The notes below the pieces were generated by a model, which saw nothing but the letters and a program-made list of their open reading frames with translations, was not told the DNA's origin and searched no databases. From positions 256,001-320,000 of the forward strand of contig CAWBNQ010000003.1 in the NCBI GenBank assembly GCA_963790205.1: a stretch of 64,000 nucleotides of DNA. Direction: 5' to 3'. Origin of the DNA: Nitrospirota bacterium. GTDB taxonomy: Bacteria; Nitrospirota; UBA9217. A program made the position numbers and the translations under genes. Of this stretch, positions 1 to 12,921 are shown in pieces (position 1 is the first letter of the stretch; every line of letters starts with the position of its first letter).

Positions 1-726
1 AAAAAAGCGAACCAGGTAATCTGTATCAGTGAAAACACCAGGAACCTTTGCCTGGAGCGCGGCTGCGGAGCAAAAAACACCGTTGTGATACCCTGCGGCA
101 TACCTGTCGGCAACGAGAAAAAACAGGGTAAAAAAAAAGCAAGAGAACAGATTGCGAGAACATACAACATCAACGCCGATGGTCTGCTCCTCCTCAGCGT
201 CGGAAGGCTTGTCAAAAGAAAGGGGATTGCATGGTTTCTGCAACAGGTGCTCCCCTCGCTGAAAAAAACCACACTCATCGTCGCAGGAGAGGGGCCGGCA
301 AGGGAAGAAGTCAACAGAGCAGCAGGAGGAGTAAAAAACGTTCGTATCCTTGGAAGAGTGGATGATGAACTCCTCCAATTACTGTATAGGGGAAGCGACG
401 CTTTCATTATGCCTAATATCGTAGTGGAGGGAGATGTAGAGGGGTTTGGGATAGTCCTGCTGGAAGCGGGACAGAACGGCCTCTATTCCTTTGCAAGCAA
501 TATCGACGGAATTCCGGAGGCGGTCAAGGACAGGGTAAACGGCAGGCTGCTGGAGAGCCGGAATGCCGAAGAATGGATAAAGGAGCTTTCCCGGTTTGAA
601 GGCAACAGGAACGAACTAGAGAAGATGGGAGAACAGGCCAGCGAGTATGTGATTGACCATTACTCATGGGAAGGAATTGCAGCGGAATACAAAAGTGTCT
701 GGAGAGAAATATTGAAGAAATCATAA
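1..726 (+). CDS. Glycosyltransferase family 4 (5'-truncated by window edge)
   Basis: Frame is open from base 1; GT-B C-terminal motifs LSVGRLVKRKG and EGFGIVLLEA. Confidence 0.9.
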   Translation, partial: KKANQVICISENTRNLCLERGCGAKNTVVIPCGIPVGNEKKQGKKKAREQIARTYNINADGLLLLSVGRLVKRKGIAWFLQQVLPSLKKTTLIVAGEGPAREEVNRAAGGVKNVRILGRVDDELLQLLYRGSDAFIMPNIVVEGDVEGFGIVLLEAGQNGLYSFASNIDGIPEAVKDRVNGRLLESRNAEEWIKELSRFEGNRNELEKMGEQASEYVIDHYSWEGIAAEYKSVWREILKKS

Positions 727-868
727 CCGTTGACGCGAGCAAAATGGGGATGGTATAGTATTTTATTCCAGGTTTCATAGGGCAATGCCGCCTGCAGGGA
801 AACCCTGGGATGGCAAGGGAATGGGCCGTTTAAAACAGAAATAGTTTGTCTCGTTCGAGGAGTGCCAG

Positions 869-1814
869 GTGCTGAATCCGCCCGCATTAGAGATCTCTAC
901 CAATATAGGTTGCCCGGTTGCCTGTGCCTATTGCCCACAACCTATTCTTCTGGCCGCATACCGGAAACGGTCCTCCGTTTATCTGATGTCCTTCGAATGT
1001 TTTACAACATGCCTGAATAAAGTCCCTGTTGAGGTCGCCGTCGATTTTTCCGGTATGAGCGAGGCCTGGAAGAACCCGGAATGTACGCGGATGGTCCAGT
1101 ATGCCAGCGGGAGAGGTCATCGGGTGCGCATTCACACTACCCTCACGGGAATGCGGAAGGAAGACGTGGAGATGCTGTCCGCGTTGCCGTTGGATGCGTT
1201 TCGCGTGCATTTGCCGAGCAGCAACAATCTGGAAAAGATTGTTGTCGATGTAAAATATCTTGAAGTGCTGGAAAAGGTCGCCAGCCTCATTCCGGCGGCG
1301 CGCTTTGTTTGCTTTGGAAGACGGGCGCACCCAGCCGTAAAACAACTCCTCAAGAAATATCCCGCGGCAAAAATTCGAATGGCGTCCGCAAGCAACCGCG
1401 CCGACAATGCGTGCTCTGAAGGGAAACCGGTCTTTTATATGAAGAAAGGGGCTATGCAGTGCAGCAATAACGCCCGCTACAACATACTGCTCCCGAACGG
1501 TGACGTCATCCTCTGCTGTATGGATTATGGCCTCAAAAACGTCCTCGGAAACCTGCTTTCCATGGATTATAATGAGCTTTTCCAAGGGCCGGAGTTCCGC
1601 AAGATATGCGCCGGATTCAAAGACCCCCTCTTTGGAGACGCTCTGCAGGTCGTGCACGGTATTCGGGTGTCACGCGAATATCCTTGCCAATATATACTAC
1701 CGGGTCCTGCATTGGCTGTCCAGTTATCCAGTCCTGCGTTCATGGCCGCAGTTCGTTCACTCGGTGAAAAGAAATTTACTGCGGTATGCGCGGTATCCGA
1801 AAAAATCCCGATGA
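869..1814 (+). CDS. Radical SAM/SPASM domain protein, with an apparent +1 frameshift at the C5 run 1624-1628
   Basis: CxxxCxxC motif (CPVACAYC) and SPASM-like ILLPNGDVILCCMD; the expected terminal CxxC (LCRSC) lies in another frame that ends at 1814. Confidence 0.75.
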
Positions 1815-1919
1815 CGGAATATATCAGAGAAATGCCGTGCCCCCTTTCCCAAAAAACAAAAACCCTATTTCCATAACAGCCGTACATTCTTTCCACTCAA
1901 CCCGCGAAGCTCAAAGGGC

Positions 1920-3209
1920 ATGAAAAAACAACTTAAAAAAGCCGGAAATTACCTCAGGGAAAATCTCTTCACCAACAAAAGCGCCGGCCAGACGATCATG
2001 AAGAACAGCTTCTGGCTGTTTCTTGCCGAGGGGACCAATAAAGGGATACGGTTCCTGGTCACCATTCTCATCGCGCGGAATTTTTCACCTGGAGCATACG
2101 GCGTATTCGGATATGTGTTCTCCGTTATGACGTTGATCGCAATGATCGCCGATTTTGGCCTCACCAACATCACGATCCGGGAACTGGCAAAGAAGCGCAC
2201 GGAAGCAAAAAAATATTTTGAGGATGCAATATCATTAAAAATACTTCTTACCGTCATCGCATTTGCATGCATGATAGCAGCGGCTGCTTTTTTGAACCCG
2301 AATATCCGGATGCTCGCGGTTCTCGCGGGTCTGTCGATCTTGCTGGAAGGGATGACCGATTATTTACGAACGTCGTTTCGCATGACCGAACATACGCAGT
2401 TCGAAGTTGTCGTCAAAGCCGCGCCCGCGCTTATTTTGATCGGCCTCGTCATAAGCTGCATTCTGCTAAAACGTTCTCTGACGGATATTCTTTTTGGATA
2501 CATTATTGCGCACCTTTTCGGGCTGCTGCTGTCTCTCCGGTTAATTGACCGGAAGATGACATTTTCCATAAATGCATCATTTGTCAGGCATTTGCTCGGA
2601 GAATCCTGGCCCCTGTTTCTCGGGTTGGTTTGCACGGCTGCTTACGGACAAATAGACCTGATACTCATTAAAATCTACCGGGGGTTTGCCGAGGTCGGAC
2701 TCTACCAGGCCGCTTATAAGCTGTTATTCGGATTTCAATTGCTGAAAGTGGTCCATATGGCCATGTTCCCGCGATTGGCCACATTTTATGCGGAGGGAAG
2801 CAACTTAGAATACAGAAAGTTAATGCGGACATCTATTGTTTTGAGTCTCACTGCTCTGGTACCGATAGGGCTTATTACCACATTTTTCCCCGCAGACATT
2901 ATCAAGCTTTTTTTCGGTCAACATTATGTGAGCGCATCCATAGCACTGCCGCTTCTTATCTGGAGCGGAATAATTTCGTTTATAAATACTTTTTTCTCGT
3001 ACACGCTCATCATTTCAGGGCACCAGAAGGGCTGGCTCATCCTAGAGTTCCTGGCATTAGTCCTTTTGATCATTATCGAGGTAACCTTGATACCGCGCAT
3101 CGGCTTTTTCGGCGCCGCAATTGCTACCTTAGCCGGTGAATTGATTTTTCTCGTTCTGATCGTTGCCGGTGTTTATTCAAATCGAAAACTCAGGATTATT
3201 TTTTTCTAG
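1920..3209 (+). CDS. wzx: Polysaccharide flippase (Wzx/MOP family)
   Basis: 429 aa, polytopic; motifs YGVFGYVFS, ADFGL, VGLYQAAYKL, GFFGAAIAT. Confidence 0.88.
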   Translation: MKKQLKKAGNYLRENLFTNKSAGQTIMKNSFWLFLAEGTNKGIRFLVTILIARNFSPGAYGVFGYVFSVMTLIAMIADFGLTNITIRELAKKRTEAKKYFEDAISLKILLTVIAFACMIAAAAFLNPNIRMLAVLAGLSILLEGMTDYLRTSFRMTEHTQFEVVVKAAPALILIGLVISCILLKRSLTDILFGYIIAHLFGLLLSLRLIDRKMTFSINASFVRHLLGESWPLFLGLVCTAAYGQIDLILIKIYRGFAEVGLYQAAYKLLFGFQLLKVVHMAMFPRLATFYAEGSNLEYRKLMRTSIVLSLTALVPIGLITTFFPADIIKLFFGQHYVSASIALPLLIWSGIISFINTFFSYTLIISGHQKGWLILEFLALVLLIIIEVTLIPRIGFFGAAIATLAGELIFLVLIVAGVYSNRKLRIIFF

Positions 3210-3870
3210 CCACTACGAAGAAGCCAAGAGGGAGCCGCTCAGATTGGCGATTGTGCAAGAGTGATCCTAAGGCATAAAAGGACAAAGAATTCACTAATAA
3301 AAGCGGCGAGATGACCTTGAACCACCAGGAGCGTTTTGACAGTATATTAAGCAGGTTGATGTTGATCACCTGGCCGAGCGTTGTCCAGCTGTTTCCCACC
3401 GATTGCAATTCAACAATCTCAAAGCCGTTTCGCTCCAGCAGCAAGCGCAATTGCTCAGGTGAAGGCCTGCCATAATCATGGGGGAGATCGTGCAACTCCC
3501 ACACAAAGGAAACCGAAAGAATAAGCCCCCCGGTCCTGGCAAGGAGTCGATACAGTTCCCGTACAAACGTGTCCTGATCTGGGAGATCATCAAGGATTTG
3601 AGTGCACAAAATCCAGTCAACTGAAGCCTCTTTCAGCGGATACGGAAACATCGCCAAGTCATGGATGATATCGGCATTCGTTCTATCAAGCCCGATATAC
3701 TTTTTGACATGCCTGAACTCTTCGCGATAAGGCTTTTTCCCGCAACCAACATCCAGCAGTACCCCGAAAATCTGCGACTGCGTCTTTCTGATTTTTTTTC
3801 GAATCAGATATCTGTCAATATGGATCAACTGCGTTATTTGCGCTCGAAGTCGCCCATTATTTGGCTGCAT
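3196..3870 (-). CDS. Class I SAM-dependent methyltransferase
   Basis: LLDVGCG motif I, followed by VDWILCTQ and HDLPHDYGR, typical of polysaccharide-cluster methyltransferases. Confidence 0.85.
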   Translation of the reverse strand: MQPNNGRLRAQITQLIHIDRYLIRKKIRKTQSQIFGVLLDVGCGKKPYREEFRHVKKYIGLDRTNADIIHDLAMFPYPLKEASVDWILCTQILDDLPDQDTFVRELYRLLARTGGLILSVSFVWELHDLPHDYGRPSPEQLRLLLERNGFEIVELQSVGNSWTTLGQVININLLNILSKRSWWFKVISPLLLVNSLSFYALGSLLHNRQSERLPLGFFVVARKK

Positions 3871-4603
3871 AATTCACCTTCAAGGACGCGGTATTCACAC
3901 ACGTAATAACCCGACCTTCACGCTGCAGCAGAAGTACTCGTTGGAAGATTCGTTCCAGGTTCTCCCATTCATGCTGCTTATCTATTTCAAAGGCATGCCC
4001 CCATATATGCCATATCCCGGCAGTTGCCAGGGCATAATCCAGATTGGCAAGAGAATATTCATACCAGTTCTTTTCCCACAAGCGATGTTTAACGAAAAAC
4101 AGTATATAAGCCAAATCCCTGCTCAGCAATGCCTCTTTGATGTAATGCCGCCTGCAATGCTTCCCGATAGGATTCGTGGTCGGGGCCAGCAAGGGATCCG
4201 GCACCGTGAACCTGCACTCTCGAACAGTCCTGGCATACTCAAACCCCAACTGGCGCACGGCGGCAACTGCAACGGATGGTGTTCTCCCTCCGGGATAGCA
4301 GAAAGAGGTGACTTCCCGTCCCAGTATTAGTTCCAACCGTTCTTTGCCGCTCTTTATCTCTTCATAAACGTCGGAAGCGGGAATCCGGTCCAGATAATGG
4401 TGATGATAGCCGTGCGCGCCGATCTCAAAACCCATTTCGCTTAGTTGAACGATCTGCCCGGGAGCGAGGGTCTCTCTGCCCTCGACATTCGTGATCGGAA
4501 CATAGAACGTTGCCGGGAGGCCGTATTTGTTGAGCAACCCGGCAATTTCGAGGTCCCTCGGATCGCCGTCATCGAAACTGAGCGTTACGATCGCGGGCTT
4601 CAT
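3857..4603 (-). CDS. Polysaccharide deacetylase (CE4/NodB family)
   Basis: TLSFDDG, EIGAHGYHH and SFCYPGG motifs. Confidence 0.9.
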   Translation of the reverse strand: MKPAIVTLSFDDGDPRDLEIAGLLNKYGLPATFYVPITNVEGRETLAPGQIVQLSEMGFEIGAHGYHHHYLDRIPASDVYEEIKSGKERLELILGREVTSFCYPGGRTPSVAVAAVRQLGFEYARTVRECRFTVPDPLLAPTTNPIGKHCRRHYIKEALLSRDLAYILFFVKHRLWEKNWYEYSLANLDYALATAGIWHIWGHAFEIDKQHEWENLERIFQRVLLLQREGRVITCVNTASLKVNYAAK

Positions 4604-5760
4604 GAATTACCCCGTATCACCCCGTCATAGACTGACAGGAGAGTCCGGTAATATGCCGGTTTCGAGAAAGACTTAAGATACTTGGCTCTTGCGCGCGTAC
4701 CCATTTCACGGGAAAGGGCATGGTTTCGCATGAGATGTATGATTTTTTCCGAAAGATCATCGGGGTCGTTGGGCCGGACAAGAAAGCCGGTTTCCTGGTC
4801 ATCCACAAGATCGGGGAGACCTCCGATGTTGCCGGCAATTATTACTTTCCCACGGGACAAGGCTTCGATGCCGGCCATCGAACAATTTTCCACATATTTA
4901 CTCGGTATGACGACACAGAGGGCGTCATCGATTTCTTCCATCACCCGGGCATTCGGCAATTTGCCGGTAAAGGTAATGAGGTCCGACACCTGAAGGTCCG
5001 CGGCGAGCTTTTTTAACGTTTGCTCTTCAGGTCCGTCACCAACGATCTTGAGTCTGACCCCGGGGATGACGGGCCGGACCCCGGCCAGAGCCTTTATCAG
5101 AACATCGACGCCCTTTTGCTCAGTGAGGCTGCCGATAAAGAGAAAAGTATCATTCCGTGGGGGTTTTGATGAAGGTTCGCGGTCAGATAAAACAAAATTT
5201 GGAAGGAGGGTAATGTTGTTCACGCCCAGATTCTTTCTCGTCCAATTCATGAGGCATACCGAGGGGCTGAAAAAGCGGCGCACGGTCTTCCGTATGATGA
5301 ACCGGTGCAAAGAAAGCTTGAAGGCTTTCAAACCCTGATAAATCCTGTTAAAGGGCTTGCGGGGATAGCAACTCGAGTAAAAACATCGGTAGCCGAAACC
5401 GCTTTCACAGGGCAGACGGCTTCCTTTGACGAGAGATGTTTTCGGGCAAACTATCTGAAAATCATGCAATGTCATTACGATAGGGACCTTCAGGTGATAG
5501 GCCGCCAATAAAACGGCAGCGGAGACATTTCGGTAGATATTATGAGCATGCATAATATCCGGTTCAAATTTGCGGATTTCCTTGAGAATGAAAAAGTAAT
5601 GCCTGATGCTGAATACACGGCCAGCCAGAAGTCCGGGTCTTGCCGGAGCATACAACAGTACGGAATGCCCTTCTTCTTCCAGCATCATTCTTGTCGCATG
5701 GACTATCTGCTCCGCCCCCCCAGGCTCATCAAAAAAATCGTGAACGAGCAGGACCTTCAT
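4600..5760 (-). CDS. Glycosyltransferase family 4
   Basis: GGAE at N-terminus, TLHD, FIGSLTEQKG, ENCSMAGIEA. Confidence 0.9.
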   Translation of the reverse strand: MKVLLVHDFFDEPGGAEQIVHATRMMLEEEGHSVLLYAPARPGLLAGRVFSIRHYFFILKEIRKFEPDIMHAHNIYRNVSAAVLLAAYHLKVPIVMTLHDFQIVCPKTSLVKGSRLPCESGFGYRCFYSSCYPRKPFNRIYQGLKAFKLSLHRFIIRKTVRRFFSPSVCLMNWTRKNLGVNNITLLPNFVLSDREPSSKPPRNDTFLFIGSLTEQKGVDVLIKALAGVRPVIPGVRLKIVGDGPEEQTLKKLAADLQVSDLITFTGKLPNARVMEEIDDALCVVIPSKYVENCSMAGIEALSRGKVIIAGNIGGLPDLVDDQETGFLVRPNDPDDLSEKIIHLMRNHALSREMGTRARAKYLKSFSKPAYYRTLLSVYDGVIRGNS

Positions 5761-6824
5761 GGCATCACCGCAGTTTCATCCAGCACTTGCTGATACCGGC
5801 CGATGAACCGGCCGAGCTGATATTCAGGACTTATCGGCGGAACTCGTTTTTGATTCTTCAACTCCGATATGATTGCGCCCGCCAGGGCGGAACAATCGCC
5901 GAATTTTACCAGGACTCCATAATCCTTCTCTTTGAGAATCTCACGGATGCCGTCTACTTCGGTCCCCACCACACGCGTTCCGGCCGCAAGGGCCTCGATG
6001 ACGGTAAGTCCGAACCCTTCGAACATGGATGGAACGACAACGCACCGGGCCCGATTGTATAAAGAATTCAGCTGATCATCGGGAACGGATCCCAGGAACG
6101 TGACATTTTGCTCCAGATTCAGCCTGCCGACAAGGGCTTTCATTTTTTCAAGGGAGCTGCCTTTCCCTCCAACCAGCAGGTGGACATCCGTAATCTGTTG
6201 CCGGACGAAGGACATGCTCCTGATTAAAAACTCGACGCCTTTGCGTTTGTCGATGCGTCCGATATAGAGGACGATATTCTGCTTTTGCTGCCTGCGGAAA
6301 GGATAAAATTTATTAGTATCAACGGCATTATGTATAACCAGAATTTTTTCTTCAGGGACATGGTAGCGCTCGACTAAGATACGCTTGGTATCTGCAGATA
6401 CGCACACAATCCTGGAAGCCAGTTGATACGTTCTCCTTTCGAACGGCAGGAATATACGCTTCCAGAATTGTGATTTTATATAGGTGGATTGCTGCCAATA
6501 CGTGTGGTGACAGGTGACAATCACCGGGATCGGAAGCCGCTGTGTGAGAAAAACCCCGCCTGGACCGGAATGGACATTCAATTTGTCCAGATGATATTCG
6601 GAAATTATCCGGTAAACATTAAAGAACAGCCAGATCGACACGCCTACTTGCTTGAAAAGACGAATAGCCCGGAAGTTTATGCGTATGTGACGAGGCAGCG
6701 AGTTGCAGGCAGGAGAGAAGAAGAGCATGTCCGGGCGTTTCAGTTCGGAAAACATCAGAGAGGTATGTCTTCCAATACCGCCGGTAAACGGGAAAAAATC
6801 ATATGTGACTACGCCGATTTTAAT
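5757..6824 (-). CDS. Glycosyltransferase family 4 (start uncertain, possibly ATT at 6824)
   Basis: KIGVVTYDFFPFTGGIG, YIGRIDKRKG, EGFGLTVIEA. Confidence 0.85.
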   Translation of the reverse strand: MKIGVVTYDFFPFTGGIGRHTSLMFSELKRPDMLFFSPACNSLPRHIRINFRAIRLFKQVGVSIWLFFNVYRIISEYHLDKLNVHSGPGGVFLTQRLPIPVIVTCHHTYWQQSTYIKSQFWKRIFLPFERRTYQLASRIVCVSADTKRILVERYHVPEEKILVIHNAVDTNKFYPFRRQQKQNIVLYIGRIDKRKGVEFLIRSMSFVRQQITDVHLLVGGKGSSLEKMKALVGRLNLEQNVTFLGSVPDDQLNSLYNRARCVVVPSMFEGFGLTVIEALAAGTRVVGTEVDGIREILKEKDYGVLVKFGDCSALAGAIISELKNQKRVPPISPEYQLGRFIGRYQQVLDETAVMP

Positions 6825-6861
6825 ACCCTGCCTCCGATCATCATACTTCCCCCGTCCGCGC

Positions 6862-8870
<2,009 letters not shown>

Positions 8871-8893
8871 AATAAATAGACCCGGACCCGCGG

Positions 8894-9200
8894 TTATTTC
8901 GTCCCCATCCTATATTCGCTCAAAATAAGCACAACGGGTGGCGGCGGGATGGTGTAATTTTTGGCATCATCATACCATTTATAGACCGTGACGTCAGGCG
9001 TATTTTTGTCCACGACGCCGACCAGCGTGTAACCATTTCTCAAGAAACCACCGAACCAGACGAATATATATTTTTCAGATTCCGGCGTGCCGCTTGCAAT
9101 GACTGCCGCGAAGTCGTTGGCCAATTTTTTACAGAGGAAAAATATGAGCAGCACGGTCAGGCAGTTCACCGCCAGCAGCCCCAGGGCCGGATATTTTTCG
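8894..9200 (-). pseudogene. Probable remnant of a membrane glycosyltransferase (GT-C/ArnT-like) with large internal deletion
   Basis: Short TM fragment LGLLAVNCLTVLLIFFLCKKLANDFAAVIAS joined abruptly to a C-terminal-like segment YIFVWF...YTLVGVVD; no credible start. Confidence 0.4.
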
Positions 9201-9258
9201 TCTTCTGTTTGTTCCTGAGAGTGTTCATCATGTTGTGCCCTGGAATGAAATAAACTCG

Positions 9259-9996
9259 CTATCTGAAAAGAGAACAGGGACCAAACCCCAGCTTGCAAAG
9301 ACGGAACTGAAGGGCCGTTTTCAATACTCCAAAGCCGTAGATAATACTGCGCCGGAAACTGATAGAGGACGCTTCAGTAAAATACCTGGTGGGGCAGCTT
9401 ACCTCGCCGATCCGGTAGCCAAACCAGATGATCTGCGCCAGCATCTCGTTGTCAAACACAAAATCGTCTGAATTCCTGTCAAGCGGCAGCCGCTCCAGTA
9501 CCTCGCGGGAAAAAGCCCGGTACCCGGTGTGGTATTCGGAAAGTTTATGGCCGAGCAGGATGTTTTCCACGAACGTCAGGAAACGATTGGATATGTATTT
9601 ATAGAGCGGCATGCCGCCCCGCAAAGCGCCGGTCCCCAGGATTCGGGAAGCCAGAACAACATCGAATTCACCATAGGCTATCATGGCGGCCATTGCCGGG
9701 ATCAATTTCGGCGTATACTGGTAGTCGGGATGAAGCATGATGACAATATCCGCGCCCAGTTCCAGGGCCGTTTTATAACAGGTCTTCTGGTTCCCGCCAT
9801 AGCCGACGTTCTTTTCATGAATGATGACCTTGATGCCCAGTTCGTGGGCCGCTGCGGCGGTGCCATCCCAGCTTGCATCGTCCACAAGGACGACATCGTC
9901 CGTAAAGGCAAAGGGGATCCCCCGGTACGTCATCTCCAGGGTTTTCGCCGCATTATAGGCGGGAAGGACGACAACGACTTTTTTACCGTTTACCAT
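9259..9996 (-). CDS. Glycosyltransferase family 2 (DPM synthase-like)
   Basis: [37 protein letters not shown]. Confidence 0.9.
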   Translation of the reverse strand: MVNGKKVVVVLPAYNAAKTLEMTYRGIPFAFTDDVVLVDDASWDGTAAAAHELGIKVIIHEKNVGYGGNQKTCYKTALELGADIVIMLHPDYQYTPKLIPAMAAMIAYGEFDVVLASRILGTGALRGGMPLYKYISNRFLTFVENILLGHKLSEYHTGYRAFSREVLERLPLDRNSDDFVFDNEMLAQIIWFGYRIGEVSCPTRYFTEASSISFRRSIIYGFGVLKTALQFRLCKLGFGPCSLFR

Positions 9997-10210
9997 GGAA
10001 TGTGCCCCTTATCGGAAATAGTCATTGGCCTATTCATAAGAGTCCGCCTTTTTTTTCGATAGACCCTGTTCGCCATTCCGTTGAAAACCGTCCGGCTTAG
10101 GCCGCAGGTCGGGCTCGATCCTCATCATATCCTCAAGATGTTTTTCATCGGCAAAAACAAATGAGCATCGCCCTTTTGACAGCGCGTGGGTAAGGCGCCA
10201 CGGTTCGTGA

Positions 10211-11171
10211 TTAATAACCCATGGCTTTTGCACATCCTTCTTGGTACCCTAAATCGCACGCTTTCGTAAAATCCCGCGCGGCAAGCTCTTTGTTGCCCAT
10301 TGCAATATAGAGATTCCCGCGGTTTACATAAGCCATGCCGAAATCACTGTTTAATTCAATTGTTTTATTAAAATCAGCCAGAGCCCTGCCCTGTTGACCG
10401 ATGAGGGAATATACATAGCCTCGGTCATAGTACGCCATCTGGTCGCTCGGATTGAGCGTTAGGGACTTATTGAAATCAGCTATCGCCTTGTCAAACAATC
10501 CAAGCTTGCCATGATCAATTCCTCGGCTGATATATGCCTTATACGCAAGCGGATTTAAGGAAATTGCCTTGTCGAAGTTTGTCAATGCCTCGTCAAACTC
10601 CTCCTTCAGGTCAAAAACCTGGCCACGATTAAAATAGGCGTCGGCGGATGGATGGAGAACAATTACCCTGTCGAAGTCCCTGAGCGCCGCATCATAACAC
10701 CCCATTTTTTTTAAAATAACTCCGCGATTATTATGGGCCGCATAATTAAGAAGGATCCAATATGATCGCCCTGTCATAATCTGCGATTGCTTTATCCATC
10801 TGCCCCGTTCTGTCAAAAAAGAAGCCTCGATTATAATGCGCCTGCGCATCGTCCGGTTTAATAGTTACCGCTGTCTGGAATTCTTGCAGGGACTCGCGCA
10901 TGAGTCCCGCGTTGTAATAAGCATCTCCGAGACAATAATGAGGTCTCGTCTTGTTGGGGCTCTTTTTTACCACATCCTCCCACAGACCTGTTTCATCATG
11001 GAAAACCTTGTTCCTAGAGCAGGTCGCGAAGGAAAACAAAAATATAATCACCGCGGCAACCAGCATAAATCCGGAGTTCAACCGGCGCTTATGCAGGGAG
11101 GACGGTAAAATCCAGGCCGTGGCATTTTGCCGCTTCTCATATGCATCCGACCGCTTTGTTTTTATGACCAT
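10211..11171 (-). pseudogene. Truncated, frameshifted TPR protein (C-terminal part of a TMTC-like protein)
   Basis: RNKVFHDETGLWEDVVKKSPNK followed by TPRs; one extra base near 10746-10750 creates a stop (LDPS*) and the TPRs continue in another frame (NYAAHNNRG). Confidence 0.7.
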
Positions 11172-11472
11172 TCATCCGGGGCCTTGTCTTTGTAAAAATA
11201 AGCCGATTATTACCGGAAGTGATATGCGCCTCTCGCCGAACCACGACCATGCGGAAAAAAAGAAAAAACGTCGCACGGTTCTTGCGCTATCTCGTTTTTC
11301 ACCGAGATACCGTTGCCCTGGGCCGGACCCGCCGACAGGGGCATCGGAAAGCGAAATAACCAACCTTTCAGAGACCGCGGGAAGGAGTAAACGCTGAATG
11401 TTTCTCCTGTTGAGCTTCAATTCTCAAACTTCCTGATAACCACGCCTCTTCCCCGAGATCCGGTCAAGGTCG

Positions 11473-12921
11473 CTATATGATGAAAACCGCCTGCAATACC
11501 AGAAACAGTATCACGAGATACCGGGAACTAAAATATAGGATTTTATCGCTTTTCACCTCAGATATATTGCCAGCGGTATCTTTAAACCAGACATACATTC
11601 TTTTCGTGCCGTTCCCATCGCTCAGCGTAAAGGGGATCTTGCCGGAATATGCCTTGACCGGCAAGAAGGTTTTCCAGCCTGGATCCGAAGCTTCCGGCAC
11701 ATCCGGACTTTCGGACACAAAATACGCCATTATTTTTTCTCCCGTGACCGCGGCCGCGGATATCGATAGCGTGACGGCTTTTTTGGTGATCAAGTATGTG
11801 TTGCCTTTATGATTGATGAAGTTCGATGGCGTCGTGTTTATCAGTGGTCGGGTGACCGCCCAGGTGTAACTGGCAGGCGACGACTCGATGTTCCTGGCGG
11901 CATTGATAGCCTTCACGCTGAACGTGTGGCGCCCCTCGGCCAGGCCTTCGTAGGTCGTCGGGGAGGAACAGGCCGAATAGCCGCCGGAATCAAGTTTACA
12001 CTCGAATGTTGCGCCGGCCTTCGAGGACGTAAACCCGAAGGAAGCCGGGGCAAAATCCGAAGTGACAGAGGGCCGGCTCGTGATCATCGCCTCGGGCGGC
12101 CGGGTGTCCAGAATGATAGAATCGCTTGCGGCCGTGGACATGCGTTCGGCGGCGTCCTTGAACCAGACGTAAACTGTTTTTGTTCCGTCGCCGCTGCTCA
12201 GGGTATAAGGAACGGTGGATGAATAGGATGAGGTCGGCGGCGTCACCGCGACCCAGCCTGGCGCCTTTGCATCGGGTGGAGCGGGGCTTTCCGCAACATA
12301 GTAGGCCGATATGCCGGCATAGCTCACGGCAGCTATCGCAAGCGATACGCCGGCTGAATCCGTCGAGGTCTCGCCCCGGTTGATAAAATGGTCGGTCGTC
12401 GTATTGGAGGGGGCCATATCGACAATCGTAAATCTGCGTATCCTGGACCATGCGCTGCTTTTCTTGAAGGCATTCAGCGCCTTTACCCGCCAGTAGTAGA
12501 CGCCGGGCGCCAATGCCGCGGTCGACTTATACGATTTAGCTGCCGTGGCGGCGTTGAGGATTGTCGGGGTAAAAGCCGGTCTTTTCGATACCTCTAGCCG
12601 GTACGAGGCCCTGCCGGGAGAGCCCCTCCAGGAAAGACCGACACTCCAGTCCTCCATCAACGCGGCATCCGGAGGCGCGAGGAGGGTCGGTCGAGCGGGC
12701 GCTGACTTGCCGGCATTGACAGGAGTTTTTTTGGCGGCCGTGTACTTATTCCGGGTCGGTTTGTTTTGGCGCGGTTTAGTGTTGGTGACGGATGATCCTT
12801 CTTTGCTTGCTTGAGCGACCGTGGTATTCGGACCAGCAGGACTGACGTGGTTCGCGCCGGCCCGAGCCTGCGCCGGCACTATGAAAAAAATCAGTATGAA
12901 GAGGGAAACGACTTTTTTCAC
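11473..12921 (-). CDS. Exported beta-sandwich (FN3/Ig-like) repeat protein with C-terminal hydrophobic anchor
   Basis: Signal peptide VKKVVSLFILIFFIVPAQA; YYWRVKA FN3-like motif; two internal repeats ending TKT/RxYVWFKD; ends YLVILFLVLQAVFII. Confidence 0.75.
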   Translation of the reverse strand: MKKVVSLFILIFFIVPAQARAGANHVSPAGPNTTVAQASKEGSSVTNTKPRQNKPTRNKYTAAKKTPVNAGKSAPARPTLLAPPDAALMEDWSVGLSWRGSPGRASYRLEVSKRPAFTPTILNAATAAKSYKSTAALAPGVYYWRVKALNAFKKSSAWSRIRRFTIVDMAPSNTTTDHFINRGETSTDSAGVSLAIAAVSYAGISAYYVAESPAPPDAKAPGWVAVTPPTSSYSSTVPYTLSSGDGTKTVYVWFKDAAERMSTAASDSIILDTRPPEAMITSRPSVTSDFAPASFGFTSSKAGATFECKLDSGGYSACSSPTTYEGLAEGRHTFSVKAINAARNIESSPASYTWAVTRPLINTTPSNFINHKGNTYLITKKAVTLSISAAAVTGEKIMAYFVSESPDVPEASDPGWKTFLPVKAYSGKIPFTLSDGNGTKRMYVWFKDTAGNISEVKSDKILYFSSRYLVILFLVLQAVFII

